A model generated the notes under the pieces. The model worked only from the letters and a program-made list of their open reading frames with translations. It did not search any database and was not told the origin of the DNA. Positions 14,138 through 27,100 of a stretch of DNA of 64,000 bases are shown piece after piece. The position numbers and the translations under genes are program-made. The DNA is from Adineta vaga (Eukaryota > Animalia > Rotifera), in assembly GCA_021613535.1 (NCBI GenBank), contig CP075495.1, positions 2,356,001-2,420,000 on the forward strand, given 5' to 3'. The number at the start of each line of letters is the position of its first letter. Position 1 is the stretch's first letter.

Positions 14138-17100
14138 ATGTCAACCGTAAGAATCGTTTCATCGACTAAAGAAGATCTTATACAACGATGGCAACGTCAA
14201 TTACTCGATCGTACGCATATAAATTTTCAAGAATTTTTACATCTTCTTCGACAACAAGTATGCATAATCGCTCAAATATCTCTTCTTGTTCATTTTGTAT
14301 TTTTAATATTGACGAAATTTGATCTTTCTTTTCTCAGCTATTGTTAGAAACGATCTTTTGCTTATTCGATCGTGATTCAAGCGGGTTACTCTCTGAATCA
14401 GAATGGATTGGATCTATATATAAAGTGGCCGAGTATGTGTACATACTATTCTTTTATTTCAAGTTGTCTTAACAAACATTTGATCATCATTTATATATTG
14501 ACAGGATATCCAATCGCACAAAAGATGTTCGAACACTTGAACCATTTATACGTGCTTATCGACATGTTTCACAATGTACTGATACGCTTAATTTAGATCG
14601 ATTCTATATTTTATTTGAAGATATCTCTGTATGTATAGATTATCTATTTGAATCTATTGATTTTCTTTTCAATTAGTTTCGACGAGATTTTGCATTATTA
14701 TTTATGAATGAATCCAGTCAATTGAATATTATGGAATTAACAGATTTACTTCGATCCGTTTCAAAGTTTGTCTGAATTTATATGCGTCAAAATACTGATT
14801 TTGTTTTTCTTTTTTATTTAGTCTTAAATCTGATACAAAATGGCTTTCTTGGCTTGCTTATCAATTTCATATAGCTATTGGTAAACGTCGTGGTTTACTA
14901 TCGAATAATACTCAATTCGATGATAGTATGGATGTTGAAACATTCAAAAATAGTTTTTATTTTAAAATTGTATGTATATTTAATGTTTAAATGAAAGTTA
15001 TTTTCTTTTTCATAGCCTGAATTAGCTGATTGTTTATTCAATTATCTTGATACGGACAGAACAGGTCGATTAACATTAGAAAAATTCATTCGAAATTTAG
15101 AATTTCTTATTGAAGCAACTGATAACGATAAAGTTGAATTTCTTTTTAAAATCTTCGATCGTGATGGTTTGTTCATGGATGAAAAAGAATCAATGAATTG
15201 AATTCATTTCTGTCTCATATTCTAGGCGATGGAAGCATTGATTTTGATGAAATGAAATTATTACTTCGTTGCTTTTTGGAAGAATCTCCATCACTTGATA
15301 TGGAAGAGACATTAGCAGAATTAACAGCAACTCTTTTTCAAGAAACAGATATTGATCAATCAGGTGATATTAGTCTGGATGAATTAGCTGATGCATTTAG
15401 ACGAAATGAACATCTATTCAAGGTTCTTTCATTGAGGTAAATTTTGTCAAGAGTTGTATTTCGATATTTTTTCTCGTGTATTTGTAGTACAAGCAGTTGG
15501 ATTCGACCAAAACCTGTTTCCTTAGGTAAATGTCATAAACGTTCATCAACAATGCGTTCTTGGATACGAAATAATATTGGTTTAATCTTTTTTTGGTCAT
15601 TATATTCATTTATTTGTACTTGCATTTGTGTTGATGTTCTTCATATGTATGTTGGTCAACAACGTGCTCATATTTTTATTGTTATTGCACGATTAAATGG
15701 TAAAAAGAAAGTTTTCATTTTTCTTATTCAAAATAGTTTCTTCTATTCTAGGTGGTATGTTGAATTTTAATTGTGCTTTAATGCTTGTACTAATGCTTCG
15801 AAAACATATTACATGGTTAAGATCCAAAGGTGGAAGTATTCTTCTTCCATTGGATCATCATATTGATATACATAAAACAATCGGAATTATAATTATGATT
15901 GAAACAGCTTTACACACAATAGCACATTTAGCTTATTTATGTTTGTATAATTTTTTGTTGTTTGACAATGAATTTAATCATTTTCTTTTCAGCTTATGTT
16001 TTTCATATTTGTTCCTTACCGAAAGATACCGGTTTTCAATGTAATACGAAAACAAATATGATAACAAAACGTTATCGATTCGATTCTTTAACTAATCAAT
16101 GTATACCATTTGAATATTTTGGATGTGGTGGAAATTGGAATCAATTTTATAATGAAAATTTATGTACACTTCGTTGTAGTAAATATTTGTTTTTTTATTG
16201 TATGATGATTTCTTCTATTCAGTTTTTTCTATTTCTAGAAGCATATCGTGATACATATCAACGATATATTGATGCTATATTTACAGCTAAATTAGGACTT
16301 GGATATATAACTGGTGTACTTGAATTGTTATTAGGTGCATTGATTTATGTTATGTGTTTACCATTTGTACGAAAAAGTGGACATTTTCAGGTGAGAAAGA
16401 AATAGATATGAAAAACGAAAGAAAGAAATATTTGATTTTAGTTATTTTATTGGTGCCATATGTTAACATTGCCATGGTTAATTATTATGCTTGTACATGC
16501 TCCACGTTTTTGGAAATGGGTATTAATACCTGGAATTTTGTATATAATTGAAAAAATTTTACGTTATCGTAAATCACGTTCAAATAAACATGGAGAAACT
16601 TTTATTATGGAAGCAATTCTTTTACCATCTCAAGTAGTTTTTCTTTTCTTTTTCAAACAAACACAAAAATGAATTGTTTGATTTACTTAGGTTATTCATT
16701 TAGTAATTAATAAACCAAGAAAATTTACATATAAACCTGGAGATTATATCTATATAAATATTCCAGCTGTTGCTAATTTTGAATGGCATCCGTTTAGTAT
16801 AAGTAGTGCTCCAGAACATAAAGGTATATTCATGATGAAGATATGAACAATGTGTTATTTCTTCTTTGTTCTTTAGATAGTCTTTGGTTACATCTTCGTG
16901 CAAGTGGCCATTGGACACGACGTGTCTATGAATTATTTCGTTTAAAATTGAAACAAGAACATGGAGGTTTATTAAATGATTGCAATGATCTTCGTCTTCG
17001 TTTATCGATGCGTTCACGTATGTCAAAAAGTTATATTGATGAATTACGAGGTACACATCAACAAGAAAATACTCTTCCATCTGATCTTAATAATAATGAT

Positions 17101-19154
17101 CAATGTTCTCATTCGAAAGCAGTATCAATTTCCTTTCCATTAGTTAAACAACAAACAAGATCGATTTGTTCATCATGTCAATCAACATTAAGTTTAAAAG
17201 ATATACAAAGAAATCCTTTGGATAAAAGTGTTCTTATCAATCCAAATGAATTAGAAAATTTAACTGTTGAAGAAATTGAAAAACTTGCTTATGAAGTCGA
17301 TGATCACGTTAAGAATGATTTACAAAGAAAATATAGATCGACAATAAAAATAAATCAAAATCGTTTAACAGTACCAGCAGTAAATGATTATTGTATTCGT
17401 TTACCAACAATTTCATCGATTGACTATAATGAAACACGTCTTTCTGATGCATTAGGATATTTACGTATGTATAAAAATCATAATCGTATACAATTTAATT
17501 CACTTCAATTCAATGATCGAGAAGATTTACAAGTAAATGAACTAGTTTTTTTTCTTTGAAAGAGAAATGAATCAATACGAATGTTTGTTTTTTTTAGGTT
17601 TTAATTGATGGTCCATATGGTGCACCATCTCAACATATCTTCGAAGCTGAACATGCTGTTTTAATAGCTGCTGGTATTGGTATAACACCATTTGCATCAA
17701 TTTTACAAAGTATTATGTGTCGATATCGAAATCGTCGACATAAATGTCCAAGTTGTGAGTTCATATGGGATAATCCTGGAAGTGAAGAACTTCGTGTGAA
17801 AAAAGTAAAGATTTCTTTTTGATTTTTGAACAAAAAAAAAGAATATTCGATAAAATCATTTTTCAAGGTTGATTTCATTTGGGTAACGCGTGAACAACGT
17901 TCACTTGAATGGTTTATAAGTTTGTTAGCACAAATGGAAATTGAACAACAACGTTTAAGACAAAATTCTGATGAAGGACCTCTACTTGAAGTTCATTTAT
18001 ATGTTACTAGTGCTCAATCACCAGCTGATTTAAAAGCGCTCAATGTTTATTTATCATTAGATTTGATTGGTCAAGAAAATTCGGCAAATTGTGATGCTAT
18101 CGATGGACTTCGACAAAGAACAAAACATGGTCGACCAGATTGGGAACAAGTAAGAAGTTATTTAGGAATTTAAATTTGTTCGTGCTTACTTTGACGTCAG
18201 AATAGTTTTCACTTTGATCACGACAAAGAAAAACCCGACATGAGTAGAACCATCGAAATAATCCCTATGAATAAATTATATTTTTTGACGGAAAAAGAAA
18301 AGTAAAATAGCGTCATAGTAAAATGAGTAAGGTGACCTTTTTTCTCAAAAAAAACACATCATGTCTACGAAAGACAAGTTTACAAATGTAGTATGTGTAT
18401 AAATAAGAATTTTTTTTAACGAGATGAATACAAGATTGAGTTGAATCTATTTAATGCTTGGATTATAAAATCATTTACCTGTGACTGAGTATTCCATTAA
18501 ATACATTTTAATAATTACAGATAATTGGAAATAAAAAGCTTTTCTTTTCACATCCGACATGCAAAATTCTATGTCGTAATAGTGTCTATTTAATATGTCA
18601 AATGTCATGTACATGAATATTTCTTTTTCCATTATTCGCACAAAGCACAGAAAGAAAATTGATCAAAACGTCCGAAACATTTGTTATTACTATTTTTATT
18701 CAAGATGTGCCTAATTTTGGAACTATCTTCTTTTTAATTAAAAGTCTATAATCAGCATATCTATTCTTAACTCATCTATCTGTCAAAACGAACATTTTCC
18801 CACTTTATTAATAGTTCTCAATAAAAAAAAAAAGTTTTTTCTCTATTGGATTTGACTCCTCCGCGCTTGGTTTGTAATACAAATATGTCAGAAATGATAC
18901 GTGCGAAAAGTATCTATAGGTATGAAGAGTATGATGACCTTCTAACTATCTTATGCACTTAGATTATAGTGAAGAAAAGTATCAGCACGTATTGATATCA
19001 TTTATGTTCATGTATATCATAGGTATTTACTGAATTATTATGTCAAAAGAAAGGCAAAATCTCGGTATTTTATTGTGGTCCGCCAGCATTATCAGCTGAA
19101 TTAACAACCAAATGTCGTCAATATGGATTTGCTTATAAAAAAGAACTATTTTAA
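14138..19154 (+). CDS. NOX5: NADPH oxidase 5-type (EF-hand) oxidase with an inserted extracellular Kunitz domain
   Basis: EF hands (DTDRTGRLTLEKF, DRDGDGSIDFDE, DIDQSGDISLDE); heme His pairs in TM3 (HKTIGIIIMIETALH) and TM5 (HMLTLPWLIIMLVH); FAD motif HPFSISSAP; NADPH motifs IDGPYG, AAGIGITPF, DFIWVTR, GRPDW, VFYCGP; terminal KELF*. Confidence 0.95.
15993..16178 (+). other. Kunitz/BPTI domain exon within NOX5 (186 nt, phase 1-1)
   Basis: CSLPKDTGFQCNTKTNMITKRYRFDSLTNQCIPFEYFGCGGNWNQFYNENLCTLRC: six Cys and the F-x-Y-x-GC-x-GN-x-N-x-F signature; flanked by GT-AG introns 15941-15992 and 16179-16238. Confidence 0.92.
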
Positions 19155-20517
19155 GTTTTAGACAAAAAACAAGCAAATGTCTCGTCTTTTCTTTTAAATT
19201 TCTACTCAGTTTCTTTTCTTCAATGTCTTTTTTTTAATTGTATTCTATTTTATTTTGTCTTGTGAATAATTTAAATTTGTATGATTAGGTAAACAATAAG
19301 ATATCCGTTTTCTTTTCTCTTCTTCTTCTTCTTTTTTGTTTATAAGAAAAAAATCAAATACGAAAGAATGATCGTTCAAAAACTACCTATTGACAAACAA
19401 ACATTACTCACTAATCAATGAAAAGTATGTGTAGGCGATGTATTTTTAACGTTTGATCCTAGCTTCAAAGATACTAATTATCAAGACCACATGTGCAGAT
19501 AAAATGTGGTTTGACGCAATCAATGATACTTTGAAAAAGTTATCAATTAGGTGACTTTGCACTAAAAACTTAACTGGTGCTTTTGTATTCGTAACTGCGT
19601 ACTATCTTGCTGACAAGATCAGAATAAGCCTAATCAAGAAAGGTGATCATATGTATGTGAAGGCATGAATTAAGTTTTAATTATTGTAATAAAACTATTT
19701 GTTTGAACTTATCTATATTTCAAGTCATTGTAAACAGGATACGAAAAAGAAAAAGAAAAATAAGAGAAATAGAGAAAATAAAAGAAAGAGAGAAAAAAAA
19801 CGAGAGAGAGAGAGAAAACTTATTGTTTAACTGGTTGAAGGAAATAGATTTTTTCTTACTATAAATTCTCTTTATTAAATATATTATCTATACATTGATA
19901 TACGCGCGCACAACTCTATTTATCCAACATCGAGAAGAAGTAATTCAATCCAATTCATGCACAGGTATGACACGTTCGTAGGGAAGATGTTTTTATCGAA
20001 GAATATTCTTTTACCTACACAAGTTGGTCAAGTTGTAAATTGCCGAAACAAATATTACCGAACAACAAGATCATCGAAATAGAAAGTTCTATGAAATTGC
20101 GTTGATATTTGTTTTGGCGATGAAACACATAATCCACAATTTCTTATTTACTTTACTGATGCTTCGCAGTTTAGTTTGATAAAAACAGCAGGACTTTTTT
20201 TAGAAGAATATTCGCAGATGAGACCTCATTTCACGCCTACTCTTTTCATTTCATATACTTTAATTGCGTGTTAAGTAAATGACAACACAATATTAATTAT
20301 TCTATTAATGTTTATTTCACTGAACATTTCTTTTTTTTACACGAACATCGTACGCTTTCTAAGCATGGAATCTGCTTTAAAATATATTGAGTGACTTAGC
20401 TCGCTTTGTTACTTACAATTTAATCCTAATACGCATCCAATTATCATAGACACATCAAATTCTATTTCCTTTTCTCATGCTATAAATTCATGAATTTATC
20501 CAATCTTCTCTTTTAGA

Positions 20518-20979
20518 ATGTTGATTTTCTCATCCTCTCTCATTGTTTTATTGAATATCTTTGGTCTGGTTTTAACGAATCCTGTTAAACAAAATTCCTC
20601 AAATGACAAATCTGAAGAAGTTACATTGGAAGAAGCTTTTCGTAAAGCAGAAAAAACTCTTCATCGTTATTACTATTTAATGGATTCTGATATTGATCAT
20701 GTAGTTCATGGTATGTTACATATGTTAATCAATCATCCAACTTCGTTTCCATTTATTCCATATCGTGCGATGGATATTGCATTTAAAAATGTGGCAAAAA
20801 AATTAGGTGAACAAGAAATAGATGTTTTAACCAAACCACTTCTATTGGCTATTGATCAACATCATCAAACAAAATCTAAACAAGCAACAACATTTAAATT
20901 AACCGATGAAATCAAAGAAAAAATTGAAGATGCTTTGGATAAATTTTTAGATGAAGGAGAGTTTGACACACATTTGTGA
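20518..20979 (+). CDS. Single-exon secreted protein of unknown function (153 aa)
   Basis: N-terminal signal peptide (MLIFSSSLIVLLNIFGLVLT), helical-looking mature region, coding-like codon usage, AATAAA immediately after the stop. Confidence 0.8.
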   Translation: MLIFSSSLIVLLNIFGLVLTNPVKQNSSNDKSEEVTLEEAFRKAEKTLHRYYYLMDSDIDHVVHGMLHMLINHPTSFPFIPYRAMDIAFKNVAKKLGEQEIDVLTKPLLLAIDQHHQTKSKQATTFKLTDEIKEKIEDALDKFLDEGEFDTHL

Positions 20980-21186
20980 ATAAAAAACGAAGAGAAAAAA
21001 AAGGAATTATATTGAAAAAAAAAATCAACAACAACTAAATAAAATCCTATGTTTTTCTTTGCGTGTATGTAATGTTTGTTTACAGGGAAGAGTAACGAGA
21101 AGCTTATGTTCAAGAATATTTAAATTTTGTTGTGTTTATATAGTTCGTCTAATAATTGTTCGAATAAAAAAAACAAAATATTCTTT

Positions 21187-24100
21187 TCAAAAATGAAATG
21201 GAGAAACGTTAATTTGTATCACATAAATTGTTGATAATCGACGACGATGATGATGATGAGATTCATTTTTATAGATATGAATTTCTAATTCATATTCATT
21301 CGAATCCATTAATATTCGATCTGTTTTTAAATTCAATCCATCTAATAGAAAAGGAAATGATGTATTGAAATTATTGCGATCAATTAATTTTCTTGAAGTT
21401 TTGTTTAGATCGATATTTGGTAATGTAAATAATATTTGATTCGATAATGTTAAACGTGGTAGTGCAAAAAATCGATAACGAATGTACATGGCTCGCCGAG
21501 GAGAACAGGTCGAACGATGAGCACATTTTGATTGACAATCTGTCACATTATAACGAATGTAATTAATAGGACAAGGAATATCGATGCATTCATAAGCACC
21601 TTGAGTATTGAAACATGTGCGATCTTGACCACAATCGATTTGAAATTGTCGACATTCATTTACATCTAAAAGTCAAATGGGATTCTTTTTTTTATGTAGA
21701 AGAATATGATATTCGAAAGAATGAATCTCTTCTACAAACCTTGACATTGTCCTAGCTCATTGATTTTAAATCCAATTGGACAAAAACACCGATAAGATCC
21801 AAGTTGATTTTCACACATATATTGACAAATATTTGCATGTTCATGACATTCATTGATATCTAAGAAGAAGAAAAAAAACATCCTAAATCCTTTCTTGAAC
21901 ATCATATAATAAAACAAAATCATATTTAACTTAATTGTTTGTTCAAAAAAAAATTATCGTAGACTTATGCTTAAAAAGATGAGCTAATAATGAGAAGGAT
22001 CAGCTTAAAAATACCTTCACATAATCCTGATTTGTAATTCTTTCGATATCCAATTTCACATTTATTAGGTCCACAGTCTGCACACACTGAAATATATAAT
22101 CAGGTCAAAAAAATATGTTTTTATTTTCTTCAATAAATGTCACATACCATGACAAAATAAACCTTGACGTTCAAAACCATTCGGGCATGTTGGATTACTT
22201 TCAGATTCCAACAATGGCTTAGCCGACCAGTCAAGTTTCTCTTCATTTTGATCATAAATTGGTACTATAGGAGAAAAACAGAGATTGAAAGTCGAAGAAC
22301 CTCCTCCTCCTCATAGACTATGTGAGTTCACATTTTAGCAGCAAAATCATCTACATGAAAAAGCTTTATAATTGTACTTACATGTATACAATTGTTTAAG
22401 ATAGTACACAGGAGATTTTAATGATGATAATGTTGGATCAGATGGTGTACAAGAAATTGTTTGAGTATAATTGAATTCTAGGTTTTGTTTTCCAATGAGA
22501 TAACCAGTGGAATAGGTTTGAAAACGATCTAAATAGAATTGTGATTATTGAAAACATGCAATTGAACTTGTAATGAATGAATGAAAGAATCAGTGTTAGT
22601 AATGACAAGTGCTAATCAAATGTTTATAAATGAAAACTTTCCTCATGATTTCATTCGAATAGACTGATTTGTTGTTTTTTTAAGATGCAAAAAATATAAA
22701 TCAAAGCATCTACGAACAACAACAACAACAACAAGAACAACAAATATAAAGAATTTTCTCTTTGTTAATAGTTGGTTTTCGATATTTTTTGTCGTTTCTT
22801 TGACCATAATGGTATACATTGAAATTGTAAACGAAATCGTTGATTTTGTTGATCTTTTCGAATTGATGTTTTTCGTTGTTGATCTGTTATTTCATTTGAT
22901 ATGGATAAATCATCCGTTGATATGGGATCATTCATTAAAGTATCGACATTTTTCATGAGAATTTGATGTGATGGTCGTTGAAAAGAATTTTCTTTACGTA
23001 ATAAATGTGAATTACATTGACACCAACAAGGAAAATAGTTTTTGATTAGAAATGGTAAACGTGTTAACAATAAACTATCACCAAATCGAGCAAATAAAAA
23101 GAGAAAACGACAAATGAAGAGCGTCGATTCAGTATATGCATATTGAATATCGTTATTATTAGTATTAGTATTGATATTTGTATGAAATACTTGATATTTA
23201 AATACATAATCATAGAATTGTCGAAGATGATATTTCATTTGAATGAAATGTTGAGGAAAAGTTAGTAAAACATATTTTAAAAGAAATAAAAGTAATAAAC
23301 GATGACATAATTGACATAATGAACGTCGTTTTTTGATTTTCAACAATGTTTCTCGTAGATTTGAATCATTAGCTTGAATTCGTTCGGATTCAGATCGTTG
23401 TTCCTGAATAAATTCTTGTGAACGATTTGTTTTATTCGACGAAGAATTTCTTATCGGTTGATTTGAGTGTGATACACTCAAACGCGTATGAGTATCACTT
23501 GTTGTCGGAATGGTTTCATAGGATGCTGTTGATGATTTTCGTTTTTCATCGGGTGATGTTATTGATGGACGTGAACTTGTCATTAAATTTTGACTAAAAA
23601 ATTTCGAATGTAATTTCAAATAGGCATCACTTTCTTTGAAGAGATTTTGATTTAATTGTAAAAATTTCGAATAACATTTGATACACGAAATTTTCTCAAT
23701 TGTCCAACGAAGATAATTCGTTAACGATTGTTGTTGATATTGACTATTGAATGAAGAATTTTGCTTCTTTGAATTGTTCAATTGAAGTATATTGAGACAA
23801 CAACAAATACAAATAAATATGAATATTAATACATCAATTATTGGTAATAAAATCATATTTAATGTTATTAAAGGAAGTAAACTGGATGTAATCGAAAATT
23901 TTGGTGTATAAAATATATAATTATAACCGAAAATTAATGCTAAAGAACCAGTAAGAATTAATGCAACATTCGTATGTTTTGTGATGAGAAAAGTTTTTCC
24001 TCGATAGATATTTAAAGAATATTTCGTCTTCAATAAACGATATGAACGAATGAAATATTGTAGAATACTTATGGAAATAATAAATAAATGAAATCCACTG

Positions 24101-27100
24101 AAATTAATAAGGATTTGTTGCAGAAGTGTTAATGGTAAAGAATAGAATGTGACAGAAGATGGATGAACAAGATTTGGATAGTAATGTTTAAGAATTAGAT
24201 AAGGAAAATAGACAAATGAAAGGCAAATATTTGAAAATGAATATGCACGTATCCAATTTCGATGTAAACAATTATAAAGTAAAGATTTTCGTGGAAGTAT
24301 TATTGAACGTGCTTGTCGTGTTTGATGTTCACTAGAGGAGAAAGGGATGTGAGAGAAAGATATTTAGATATTTAGTTTATAGATTAGAAAGAAATCTCCT
24401 ACTTCGTATTTAAGAAAATTTCTTTGGAAGATTTTTTTTGTAATGTTAATAGAAATACAAATGTATGTTCAATAAGAATAAAACAGAGAGTAAATATTTC
24501 AATGAATTGAGAAGATGATAAAACTTTTGTTAATTGATGATGATGATGATGACGATGATGATGATGATTATGATTATGTAAACGAAGCGTTTCATTTCTA
24601 TTCGGAGAAAGATTTTGTTGAGCAAATAGAAATCGACTGAAAATTGAGGCAGCATCGGATGGCTTGCTTGTTGTTTGATTCATTTTATATCAAATTTTCA
24701 AGAAAACTATGTGCATATGACAAGCAACGCAAAGGAAATTAAATATTAATCTAGAGAAATGAAAAAGACAAGAGAATTGATATTTTGTCTTTTTTTCTTC
24801 TTCTTCACTAATCAAAGGATTATTAAATAAGTGGCTTTTATCTATATATGTCACTTACGATTTAACGCTTCCTTTGCTTTTTCTTTTTAAATTTTGTCAT
24901 CGTATAATGCATGAAGATATGTATACACATTATTATCATTAGAAAAAAATGCGATATGTCATCGAAGAAGAAGGAAAAAAACATCCGAGAAAGAAAAGAC
25001 AATAGAAAAATTCCCTAGAGATGACGATGACGACGATGAACTCTGAAAGAGTATCTTTAAGTCAAACATAATATTCACTTTTTGATGCGATCCAAATGAA
25101 GAAAAGATACACAACAAATACGAATGTTTGTACGGATAGTGTTGTTGACAAGGCATTAATTTGACTAAAGATATGCATCCTCGTATATAAACTTAGTCGG
25201 AATAGAATATACGAGAAGAAGAAGAAGAAGAAGAAGAAAAAAAAAGAGATACGGAACGACAAACGACGACAAGAAATGAAAGACTTCTATTAACATGAAA
25301 ACTTGTCTGTCTATCTATCAATTTTCTCTTTTGCGTTAAGATGTTTGAAGATATAAGCAGAAATCTCTTCCTATTGTGAATAATAGCTGAATGACATGAT
25401 GTTAAAGTGTTAATTAAAATGCATCCATGCATCTACTCATAACAAACGAACATACCTCGCTCAGTTTGAATGATGGTTTCAGTAAAAATGAACTCATTTT
25501 CAAACTGATATTCATCGGAATAAGTACCATTCATTCGAATAATTCTATCCGAAACTTTTTCCATGATATGAAGATAAGAACCTAAAGTTTAAGTAGAGAA
25601 ATTTATATTTACAGTTTTTACTTCATTTTGTGATGTTGTTGGAGAGAGAGAGAGAGAAAAAGAAGAAAAAAAGTTTACCATCTGTAAATAAAATGATTAT
25701 AGTTCGTTGAAATGCATCATCGATGGAACAATATGGAGACGAATGGTTTGTTTTGGTAGTTAGGAAAAAGAAGGAAGGTGGATAGAGAAAAATAATAATA
25801 GTTGGAAATATTGATTGAAGTTTCAATGGTATTTGATACAATGTTGATTTTTTTAAAATTGAATTCCAATGAAAGACAATATTATCAATATTAATTCCTT
25901 TTATTTCACCCTGGAGATGACGAATGAATGTTGTTGAGGGAACTAGAAGAGAAAAACAACAATAGGGATTGACTTTTAGCTGTCAAGCAAGGGAAAAAAA
26001 AGTAGCAGATCTTATTTCCTCCTTCGTTGCTCTTCCTTTCTATGCAGCGTTTTTCTTTTCTCATCATGTCAGATCATATCTTTTTTTTCTTCTTCTTATT
26101 CTTCTTCATTATTTCGTTTCTGTTTCCTATTGAATCAAATGACAATCTTCATATTTCAGATTGATTTACTCGCAGAATGAAATCCATGCTTTTGCTCATC
26201 TATCTTAGTAACGAATAGAATTTGTCCGAGAGTTATTCTTTTCTTCTCGCCAGATTTCTCTTCAATTATTCAGTTTGACAATATAACGATGAAGAATGTC
26301 GCCTTTTTCTCTTCTCAATAGACAATAATAAATATCTTTTCCAGCGTCTTGGCAACTAACATTAGAACTGAAAAACTAAACATAATTCTCATCTCTTCTT
26401 CAGAATAAAGTGTCGTTCTCTCTCGATGTATGATGTAATGAACAAATTTTCCGCATTCTCTTTCGAGAACAATCACGATGATTCATTAAAGAAACATTAT
26501 AGAATCAATATAGTTTGAAATGATAGTTTTCTATCATTCAAATATTTGTTGTTAATTTCATTGATTAAACATATCGACAAGAATTATTCGTCTAGATATA
26601 ATCTATTACAATTTTCTTTTGGTCGAGATAAAACATCTTCTAAGAAGAATATAATATAGAATTTGAAATGAATTAATCGAATCTTATCTATAGAACAAGT
26701 GAAAAAACAAGAAAAGTTTCGATTTACTTTCATAGACAATCACATCGCATGTAGTCGTTGCAATCCCTAGAGCATTTTCTGCTGAACATGTATATCGTCC
26801 TGTATCAGAAAGATGTACGGGATCAATTCTAGAATAAAAAAAGTAATGACGAACAATATCGATTTCAATTGATTTTACTTCAATGAATTATTTGATAGTA
26901 TTTGTAATCGAACACCATCAATTCCTGTTAGAATAGTTCCATTTCTAGACCATTTTAATAACGGTTCAGGCCAAGCATCAGCAAGACAATTGAGTAAAAG
27001 CGTTGAACCTTTCACTAGTCGTTGTGTTACTCGAGGAAGTTTGATTGTGAATGTTGGTTGTGCTAACCATGGTGAGAGAAAAAAAACGCATATACAATAG

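Noticed and set aside
18150-19022. Long last intron of NOX5 as a possible transposon insertion
   Set aside because: No terminal inverted repeats, target-site duplication or transposase fragment visible by eye.
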